The position numbers were made by a program, and so were the translations under genes. This document shows, piece by piece, positions 9,537 through 16,830 of a stretch of 28,291 nucleotides of DNA. Source of the stretch: a bacterium (GTDB lineage Bacteria > DUMJ01); assembly GCA_049970495.1 (NCBI GenBank), contig JBMFMV010000018.1, positions 1 through 28,291 of the forward strand, written 5' to 3'. The notes under the pieces were generated by a model, which was not told where the DNA came from, ran no database searches, and was given only the letters and a program-made list of their open reading frames with translations. Within the stretch, counting starts at the first letter, position 1; each line of letters begins with the position of its first letter.

Positions 9537-10358
9537 TCACCTCTCTATCTCGGATAGTATTTTCTTTAATGCCTGAGATGCCTTTTTAAAGAGTTCAGGA
9601 CCGGAAAACCCTTGGAACTGTCCACTATGGGCAAGGTGTGGTTCAAGACTTAAAAAATATTCTCTACCTTTCTTCTTTAAAGACAGTAATATTTCTTTTA
9701 TCTCTCCATCCCCTTCTCCCGCTGGGACCTCAACTCCATCTGAGAAATGAGCATCCTTTATATGCACATACTCTATATAACTCTCTAGAGGTAGATAAGC
9801 CTCTCTAAATGGTTTTACTCCACACTGTATAAAGTTTGATGGGTCAAATACTGCCTTTAAGTTTGGGGAGTTTATACTCTTTAATATATCTAGACATCTT
9901 TCAGGTGTATCTCCGTATATCTTCTTTTCGTTTTCATGTAACAGTATAATCCCTTCTTTTTCTGCTATTTTTACAAGTTCCCCTAGTCTCTCTAGCGATA
10001 TCTTTCTAAGTTCTTCTATGCTCATCCCTTCTTCTGGGTAGAAAGAGAATATCCTAACATATGGGGTTTCAAAAAAATGTGCTAATTTTATGGCGTTCTG
10101 AAGTTTCTCCTTCTGTCCTTCCATATCTTCCCTCGCCCTAACTTTTCCAATTGGGGAAGCTATAGCCGATATCTTTATTCCATACTTATCTAACATCTCT
10201 TTTATCTTGTGGCTATCTTCTTCGGTTAGAGCCACTACATTTTTCCCTAAGGCACTTCTTAATTCTAGATAACCTATTTCCTCTTCTTTTAATACCATTA
10301 ATTGTTCTTCAAAGTCAAATGATATCTCATCACCAAATCCAGAAAGTTTATACCACAT
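9537..10358 (-). CDS. Sugar phosphate isomerase/epimerase (xylose-isomerase-like TIM barrel)
   Basis: LSGFGDEI, SPIGK, HENE, FDPSNF, HIKDA, SLEPHL metal-ligand pattern. Confidence 0.88.
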   Translation of the reverse strand: MWYKLSGFGDEISFDFEEQLMVLKEEEIGYLELRSALGKNVVALTEEDSHKIKEMLDKYGIKISAIASPIGKVRAREDMEGQKEKLQNAIKLAHFFETPYVRIFSFYPEEGMSIEELRKISLERLGELVKIAEKEGIILLHENEKKIYGDTPERCLDILKSINSPNLKAVFDPSNFIQCGVKPFREAYLPLESYIEYVHIKDAHFSDGVEVPAGEGDGEIKEILLSLKKKGREYFLSLEPHLAHSGQFQGFSGPELFKKASQALKKILSEIER

Positions 10359-10370
10359 CTTCTTCCCTCC

Positions 10371-11168
10371 TTATAGTTCTTTAATTATCTGTTCAGCCCA
10401 TTTTATCCAAGCATGTTTAGTGTCATCTCTAGGGATATTTACAGGATCCTCTCCAGCTAATACCCATAGATAGTAGAGAGAATATCCTGGTGCGGCTACT
10501 ACAGGATGGTACCCTTTAGTAATAGGAAGGGCAGTATTATCTGTTACCGCATAGACCTCATCTATATCACCCTCCTCTGTATAGACCCTTTGGAAACCAA
10601 ATCCACTAGATGGATTTAACCTGTACAGATAGACTTCTTCCATCCTCCATTCGTAAGGAGGATTGTGTTTATCATGTTTATGCGGTGGATAACTAGACCA
10701 ATTTCCGGGAGGATTAACCGTCTCTCCCATTATTATATGTTTAGCTCCAACCTTCCTATCTATAACCTGAGTTACATATCTTTTCCAATTATGCGTACCA
10801 ACAACTCTTCTTTCTATCTCGTTAGGAGATATTACTACTACATCTACGTCATTTGGTTCTGACTTTACAGTTGCAAATATCAACTCACTATTGTCTAGCG
10901 CTCTTATTTCTACCTTTTTGTTAGGTGGAATATATATTCCCCAAGGTTTGCTATTAAATATCTCACTTCTAGGTCCTAGTATATTTTTTCCGTTGACTTC
11001 CACTCTTCCGCTTCCTAAGATACAACCAATTTCTCTTTTTTCTTCTCCTAAGAATATATTTTCTCCGGCTTTCAATCTAAGGACAAATAGTTTTATCCAC
11101 TCTAAACCCTCTACAGGGACTTCTAAAATTCCCACTCCTTCTGGCACCTTAGCTAATTTAGGACTCAT
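10371..11168 (-). CDS. iolB: 5-deoxy-glucuronate isomerase (IolB/KduI family)
   Basis: GNWSSYPPHKHD, EEVYLY, GFGFQRVYT, GYHPVVAAPGYSLYYLWVLAG. Confidence 0.92.
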   Translation of the reverse strand: MSPKLAKVPEGVGILEVPVEGLEWIKLFVLRLKAGENIFLGEEKREIGCILGSGRVEVNGKNILGPRSEIFNSKPWGIYIPPNKKVEIRALDNSELIFATVKSEPNDVDVVVISPNEIERRVVGTHNWKRYVTQVIDRKVGAKHIIMGETVNPPGNWSSYPPHKHDKHNPPYEWRMEEVYLYRLNPSSGFGFQRVYTEEGDIDEVYAVTDNTALPITKGYHPVVAAPGYSLYYLWVLAGEDPVNIPRDDTKHAWIKWAEQIIKEL

Positions 11169-11921
11169 TTAACCCCACTCCTTTCTTAAGAATTCAAGGC
11201 TTTTAGGTAATTCGCGCTTTTTATCCTCCCATCTACATTCTACTGAGATAAACCCCTTATATTCCACCTCTTTAAGTACATTAAATAGAGACTTAAAATT
11301 ATAGTCTTTTTTGCCTGGTGCTACCCTTTCTCTATCTGATACATGGACGTGATAAAGTTTCTCTTTTATTCTATAGATATTATATAGGGGTTCATTTTCT
11401 AAATCTGCATGGTAATTATCTATAAGTACCCCAATATTTGGACTATTAATTTTGTCTGCAAATTCTAAGGCTTCTAATGTTGTATTTATAATATTGCTCT
11501 CTTTCTTGTTTAGAGGTTCTATAGCTATCTTTATATCGTATTCCTTTGCATATTTATCTACTATATTTAGGAATTCTATAATCTGTAAACTAGCTGTTTC
11601 TTTAGAGAATCCTTCTGGAAAAGATCTAGACCTACCACTTCCAAAGACAACTATCTTTCCTCCAAGAAAATTTACTCTTCCTAAGGCTTCTTTTATATAT
11701 GCCTCTACTTTTTTTAAATCAACATTAGAACCAGTAATTGGTAGATCCCCTGGTAGGAACACATTAAAAGAATAGGCTTTAAGATTTACTTTATCAAGCT
11801 CTTCCTTTACTTCAGTTATATTAGCCTGCATAATAGATGTTACAGCAAACTCTATAAAATCTGCCCCACTAGAACTTATAACTTCTATTTCTTCTATTGA
11901 TCCACAACAACCAAAATTCAT
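11169..11921 (-). CDS. D-tagatose/D-psicose 3-epimerase-like TIM-barrel epimerase
   Basis: IAIEPLNKKESNIINT, DNYH, HVHVSD..R.APG, ISVE give the E/D/H/E ligand set. Confidence 0.85.
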   Translation of the reverse strand: MNFGCCGSIEEIEVISSSGADFIEFAVTSIMQANITEVKEELDKVNLKAYSFNVFLPGDLPITGSNVDLKKVEAYIKEALGRVNFLGGKIVVFGSGRSRSFPEGFSKETASLQIIEFLNIVDKYAKEYDIKIAIEPLNKKESNIINTTLEALEFADKINSPNIGVLIDNYHADLENEPLYNIYRIKEKLYHVHVSDRERVAPGKKDYNFKSLFNVLKEVEYKGFISVECRWEDKKRELPKSLEFLRKEWG

Positions 11922-12919
11922 TATTCCCTCCTTGAAGTTGTATTTCTAATGATAAGTTCGGGCTCAAGCACCAGGTTTTGTCTTTCTCCTTTCATTAACT
12001 TAAGAAGGAGCTCCACAGCCTTTCTCCCTAGCTCTTCTTTAGGTTGTTTGACTGTAGTAAGGGGAGGATCAGTGAAATTAGAGAAGAATATGTTATCGAA
12101 CCCAATGATTGATAGTTCTTCAGGGATCTTTATACTTAATTCTTTTGCTGCCTTTATTACCCCAAATGCCATCAAATCATTGTAAGTAAATATAGCAGAA
12201 GGAGGATCCTTAGTGTAGAGTAACTTTACTGCTTCTCTATAACCTGATTCTGCTGTAGGAGTATTAAATGAGACCAAGTTAGGATTATATCTTATCCTAG
12301 ATTCTATAAGTGCCTTTTTATAACCAGACAATCTCCTTTTTGCTGCCTCAGAAAGACTAGGTCCGTTTATAAAGGCGATTCTTGAATGGCCAAGATTTAC
12401 CAAATATTTAGTTGCTAGATATCCACCCTTTTCCATATCTACTGAAACATATGATATTTTTGGATGTTCTAATATTCTATTTATAACTACTATTGGTAAT
12501 CCTTCTTCAGCTAGATTAATGATATGTTCATTTGATATCCTAGAGGCAGAGATTATAACTCCGTCAACTGGACCACGAGAGAAAAAGTCTAGATAATTTG
12601 TCTCTTTTTCTTCTGATTCTGAGGTATTTCCTAGAAGGATGGTATATCCAGCTTCACTAGCCTTTTCTTCTGCTCCCCTTACTAGCTCAGGGAAAAAGGG
12701 ATTAGTAATATCAGTTATGAGAAGTCCAATATTCTTAGTACTTCTAGTCGTTAAAATTTGCCCTCTATAATTAGGTTTGTAATGTAGTTTCTTCGCTACT
12801 TCTATTATTCTCTGTCTAGTTCTTTCACTTATCCCTGGGTGGTTATTTAATGCCCTACTAACAGTAGAAGGGGATACCCCCGCTAATTTTGCTACTTCTT
12901 GGATATTTGCTCTTTTCAT
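11921..12919 (-). CDS. LacI family transcriptional regulator
   Basis: IQEVAKLAGVSPSTVSRALN HTH, YKPN hinge, NPFF, IIGFDN, PPLTTVKQP. Confidence 0.97.
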   Translation of the reverse strand: MKRANIQEVAKLAGVSPSTVSRALNNHPGISERTRQRIIEVAKKLHYKPNYRGQILTTRSTKNIGLLITDITNPFFPELVRGAEEKASEAGYTILLGNTSESEEKETNYLDFFSRGPVDGVIISASRISNEHIINLAEEGLPIVVINRILEHPKISYVSVDMEKGGYLATKYLVNLGHSRIAFINGPSLSEAAKRRLSGYKKALIESRIRYNPNLVSFNTPTAESGYREAVKLLYTKDPPSAIFTYNDLMAFGVIKAAKELSIKIPEELSIIGFDNIFFSNFTDPPLTTVKQPKEELGRKAVELLLKLMKGERQNLVLEPELIIRNTTSRRE

Positions 12920-12953
12920 ACCTTCCCTCTATAACGATTGCAATTTTACTTGC

Positions 12954-12982
12954 ATTTTATAATGAAAGCCTTTATATGTCAA
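12954..12982 (-). promoter_or_regulatory. Sigma70-type promoter of the LacI operon
   Basis: TTGACA (12982-12977), 17 bp, TAAAAT (12959-12954). Confidence 0.8.
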
Positions 12983-13199
12983 GCGGTTCGACGTTCTAAA
13001 TTTGTAATCATTAAATGTAAGGTTGTATATTGATTCCTGAAGGTAGCAAGAAGGGCATTATTTGTCCCTCTAGTTTGTGATATTATTTAAATAAAAATGG
13101 AGGTAGGAGAGTTATGATATATGTAACCCTTATTCCGAGTTTTAGTTATCATGATACGAGAATCTTCTGTATTGGGCAGGCTGAAGAGCCTTTATTAAT

Positions 13200-13228
13200 T
13201 TGACTTTAGTATACTTTTGGAGTATAAT
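13200..13228 (+). promoter_or_regulatory. Sigma70-type promoter upstream of the TolB-like gene
   Basis: TTGACT (13200-13205), 17 bp, TATAAT (13223-13228). Confidence 0.7.
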
Positions 13229-13427
13229 CTTTCATAAGAGGCAAGATAGTGAAGGGAGTTGAGATTGGAAGGATAGGAGTGTAAGATTTGGAATTTCCCT
13301 TGTTAGTTTGAGGGAGGATTTAAGTTTTAAATTCTTTGAAAGAAGAACTGTTAGGGAGTCTTAAAATTTTATTTATCTTGTCTCTAAATGTGGATTTTTT
13401 ACTTTTTATTATAGAAGGGAGAAGAAT

Positions 13428-14330
13428 ATGAAAAGATACCTAAGATTATTAGTGTTTTTTATAGTACCAAGTCTCTTCCTTATGGGACTTTACGGTTGCG
13501 ATGGTTGTAACCCAGAGTCTATAGTAAATTTGGGAAGAATCGTGTTTGCAAGTGGACGTGATGGAGACCTTGAAATTTACACAATGAATCCGGATGGAAC
13601 TGGTCTAACTAAGATTACAGATAATCAAGCTCTTGACTATTGTCCCTCTTTTTCTAAAGATGGTTCAAAGATTGCCTTTGTATCTGAACAGGAGGGAAAC
13701 CCGGAAATTTACACAATGAATAGGGATGGTACTAATCAGGTTAGAATTACAAATAATCCCGCTTGGGATTATTATCCAAGTTTTTCTCCAGATGGACAAA
13801 AGATTTTATTCTATTCTAGACGTGATGGAAATGATGAGATATATCTCTATGATCCGACGGTTATTTCTCATCCTCAACTGACCAATCTTACCAATGATCC
13901 AAGTTATGATTTGCATCCATCCTTTTCCCCAGATGGGCGAAAAATTGTCTTTGTTTCTGACCGTGATGGAGATACTGAGATCTATACAATGAGTATAGAT
14001 GGTACTAATCTAACTAAGCTTACTAATAATAATAGTCAAGAATATTTTCCTCGTTTTTCACCAGATGGTGGTAAAATCGTATTTACATCCAATCTTGATG
14101 GAAATGATGAGATCTATATAATGAATGCAGATGGCTCTGGTATAACTAGACTTACAAATGACCCAAGTCAAGCTTGGTCCCCCTGTTTTTCATTACTCGG
14201 TACAAAAATTGTCTTTCAATCTAAACGTAGTGGAAGTTGGGAAATATATGTAATGAATATTAATGGAACTGACTTGACTAAGCTTACAGATCATCCCTCT
14301 GGTAATGTGGATCCTTTCTGGGGACGTTAA
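13428..14330 (+). CDS. TolB-like beta-propeller (PD40 repeat) lipoprotein
   Basis: Signal peptide with lipobox-like LYGC; about six P.FSPDG.KI.F.S.RDG..EIY.MN.DG repeats. Confidence 0.9.
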   Translation: MKRYLRLLVFFIVPSLFLMGLYGCDGCNPESIVNLGRIVFASGRDGDLEIYTMNPDGTGLTKITDNQALDYCPSFSKDGSKIAFVSEQEGNPEIYTMNRDGTNQVRITNNPAWDYYPSFSPDGQKILFYSRRDGNDEIYLYDPTVISHPQLTNLTNDPSYDLHPSFSPDGRKIVFVSDRDGDTEIYTMSIDGTNLTKLTNNNSQEYFPRFSPDGGKIVFTSNLDGNDEIYIMNADGSGITRLTNDPSQAWSPCFSLLGTKIVFQSKRSGSWEIYVMNINGTDLTKLTDHPSGNVDPFWGR

Positions 14331-14359
14331 GATTGACTTTTCTTTTGTCTTAAATATTT

Positions 14360-14398
14360 TAGGGAGTAGATAAAGAGTCTACTCCCTAGTTTCCTTTT
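14360..14398 (+). terminator. Intrinsic terminator between convergent genes
   Basis: Perfect 11-bp stem TAGGGAGTAGA (14360-14370) / TCTACTCCCTA (14378-14388) followed by GTTTCCTTTT. Confidence 0.75.
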
Positions 14399-15129
14399 GT
14401 TGAATTTAAGATTTTCTCTGCATTTCTATGCAGTATGTTAAATTTATCTTCCTCTTTTATCTTACTGCCTCTTACCCAGCCAATAGCTGGTCTTGGGTCT
14501 ATAAATGGAAAGTCTGTCCCAAATAAAATCCTTTTGCTACCAATTTTTTCTACGTAATACTCAATTATCCCGTTATACATGGCTGAGCCCGTCAAGTCTA
14601 GATAGATATTATTAACATCCTTTGCCAGTTCTACTGCTAAAAGCATAGACCTTAAATCTCCACCTGAATGTCCCATTATAAATATTGCATTCTGATAAGA
14701 TTTAGCTATCTCTATAATTGTTCTTACGTCTCTTTCTCCCCAGGTATGTATTAAGATAGGCCATTTATGTTCATCTGCATATTTGTAAGCATATAAGTAG
14801 TTAACACCATCTATGGGATACGCGTGTGTTCCAGGATGTAACTTTATCCCGATAAATCCTTGAGAAGCTCTTTCCTTGAGCTCTTCTTCTATCCTATCTG
14901 CAAAATATGGACTTAGTGTGACGTATCCTCTGAATCTGTCTGGAAATGCCATCATAGCCTCAAGAACCATCTCATTTCCTAATTTATAATCTGGTCCTAT
15001 ACTTATAAGGGCACTTATCCACGCACTTTCCATCCCTATCCTGTCCATTATCCTTACCATAGATAGGAAGTCTCCACCATCATAATAAAAGTTAAACCAC
15101 TTTCCTAGATGGGCGTGAGCATCTATCAT
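14386..15129 (-). CDS. Amidohydrolase_2 family metallohydrolase
   Basis: IDAHAHLG, GIKLHP, ILIHT, MGHSG, LFGTDFP all intact. Confidence 0.92.
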   Translation of the reverse strand: MIDAHAHLGKWFNFYYDGGDFLSMVRIMDRIGMESAWISALISIGPDYKLGNEMVLEAMMAFPDRFRGYVTLSPYFADRIEEELKERASQGFIGIKLHPGTHAYPIDGVNYLYAYKYADEHKWPILIHTWGERDVRTIIEIAKSYQNAIFIMGHSGGDLRSMLLAVELAKDVNNIYLDLTGSAMYNGIIEYYVEKIGSKRILFGTDFPFIDPRPAIGWVRGSKIKEEDKFNILHRNAEKILNSTKGN

Positions 15130-15872
15130 AGTTCTACCTCCTGAATAAGTCTATCTGCGTTTTTATAGGCTATATAATCTTTAGCCCTCTCTGGTATGTC
15201 TGCTTTTTCTATGTAATATATAGTGGAACCAGGATTTTTATATGGAAGGTTGCTTCCAAAAATCATACGTTCTTCACCAAATCTCTTATACAAGGTCTCT
15301 ATTCCAAGAAAAGGAATATAGCCAGATAACTCTATATAAATATTTTCGTATCTTTTTAAAAGAGGGAAGATATAAGAACTTTGTCTGTATGTTAAGTCCG
15401 CTAAAACCAGTCTAAGGTTAGGATGATTTCTCAAGATAGCATATATATCTTTCCATCCTGAATTGTTTGGAGATAGTATTATTGGAATTTTTAACTCTTC
15501 TAAAAATGATAATAAGTCTCCCACTACTTCTTCTTCCAATATGAAATTATGTAAATCTGGGAAAAATCTAACTGCTTTAACTTTGTTTATTTTGAATTCT
15601 TCCAAAAGTTTATCTGGTGTATCTATTGGGAAGATATCAAGTGGTAGTAAAACCCATGCGGCATAAAGGTTAGGATAATCCTTAATCTCTTCTATTAACC
15701 TTTTGTCTCCAAAGTAGGCGTCATAATCTCTACTGTAGCTATGATAGACTAAGACCTTTTTTATATTAAATCTTTCTAGCTCCTCACTTAATCTTTTCGC
15801 GTCTAGCCAGTTGTTTAGAGGAATAATAGTAGGTTTCCCTATCATTACATTAAAATCAAAGTAGGCTCTCAT
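15126..15872 (-). CDS. Amidohydrolase-fold protein lacking metal ligands
   Basis: Same size and architecture as its neighbour (AVRFFP, HPNLRLVL, NIYIELS, MIFGSNLP) but no HxH or catalytic Asp. Confidence 0.82.
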   Translation of the reverse strand: MRAYFDFNVMIGKPTIIPLNNWLDAKRLSEELERFNIKKVLVYHSYSRDYDAYFGDKRLIEEIKDYPNLYAAWVLLPLDIFPIDTPDKLLEEFKINKVKAVRFFPDLHNFILEEEVVGDLLSFLEELKIPIILSPNNSGWKDIYAILRNHPNLRLVLADLTYRQSSYIFPLLKRYENIYIELSGYIPFLGIETLYKRFGEERMIFGSNLPYKNPGSTIYYIEKADIPERAKDYIAYKNADRLIQEVEL

Positions 15873-15881
15873 TTGTCCTTT

Positions 15882-16766
15882 TCATCCTATGTCTTGTATG
15901 TATACTTCACTGCCACTAAGATAAGAAACTTCTATAGCCTTTAAGACTTTCACTACTTCTAACATATCATCATAGTCTATAGGTAATTTAGAAGTCTTTA
16001 TCATCTCTAGAAATTTTAAGAGTCCATAATAGTATGGAGATGTAGTTTGCCTGCCATCCCAATAGCTCCATCCATTTTTGCCAAATGCAGATATAGTAAA
16101 TGTATAGACCGCATTACCAAGCATTAGAAGTTCTACTATTCTATCGTCGGGGTAGGTAAGAGTAATTGCTATATTATTGTTATTATTTACTGCTATAACT
16201 CTCTCAACTCCACTACCAAATATCTCCTGGCATAATTCTACTATATGGACGCCATAAAAGAATATACCTTGATATTCACTATTAATATCTGCAGGACCAC
16301 ATACAAACCCAGCAGTAAGAGGCCCTTTAGAAAGTAGATCTTCTTTTAATTTCACAATAGGCTCATCAAATCTAAGAGTAGAAAAGGATGTTATAGGGGT
16401 ACTTTTCTCTTTGGCTAACCTTACTATCCTCTTTGCATTTTCTATAGACGTTTCGATAGGTTTGTCTATAAATGTTGGAATACCTGCTTCGATAAATGGT
16501 TTTGAAAATTTATAGTGTATTGCGCCGTCTCTTAATACTATCATTACTGCATCTATTTTACCAATCATATCTTCAGGGTATTGAACTATCTCTGGAATAT
16601 TTCCTAATCTAGCAACCTCTTCTGTTCGATTTTTCTCGAATCCCCATATAGCTACTACTTTTGCCTCTTCCACTTTTAGCCCTTTAACGCCTTCTGGCAG
16701 ATTGGTAAGCTGTGAAAAGGCTATTGCGTGAGAATTATCAGATCCTACTATGCCAATTCTAATCAT
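15882..16766 (-). CDS. Gfo/Idh/MocA family oxidoreductase (short type)
   Basis: RIGIVGSDNSHA, PTFIDKP, FFYGVH motifs. Confidence 0.88.
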   Translation of the reverse strand: MIRIGIVGSDNSHAIAFSQLTNLPEGVKGLKVEEAKVVAIWGFEKNRTEEVARLGNIPEIVQYPEDMIGKIDAVMIVLRDGAIHYKFSKPFIEAGIPTFIDKPIETSIENAKRIVRLAKEKSTPITSFSTLRFDEPIVKLKEDLLSKGPLTAGFVCGPADINSEYQGIFFYGVHIVELCQEIFGSGVERVIAVNNNNNIAITLTYPDDRIVELLMLGNAVYTFTISAFGKNGWSYWDGRQTTSPYYYGLLKFLEMIKTSKLPIDYDDMLEVVKVLKAIEVSYLSGSEVYIQDIG

Positions 16767-16790
16767 TGGAAATCCCTCCCGATCTTAAAG

Positions 16791-16826
16791 ATAAGGGGGG
16801 GTAGCAGGATGCTATCCCCCCCTTAT
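16791..16826 (-). terminator. Strong stem-loop directly after the SBP gene (partial terminator or mRNA stabiliser)
   Basis: ATAAGGGGGGGTAGCA (16791-16806) / TGCTATCCCCCCCTTAT (16810-16826), one bulge; only CTTT follows on the minus strand. Confidence 0.7.
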
Positions 16827-16830
16827 GAAA

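Noticed and set aside
9537..11921. Naming the TIM-barrel proteins iolE, iolI or iolO
   Set aside because: Only family-level motifs are visible; orthology cannot be established by eye.
13540..14300. Recurring ~130-bp-period nucleotide repeats (GAAATTTACACAATGAAT, GATGGAAATGATGAGAT, CCAGATGG)
   Set aside because: Explained by PD40 propeller repeats within a coding frame; degenerate and not a CRISPR array.
13428..14330. Calling the gene tolB
   Set aside because: Lacks the TolB N-terminal domain and tol-pal context.
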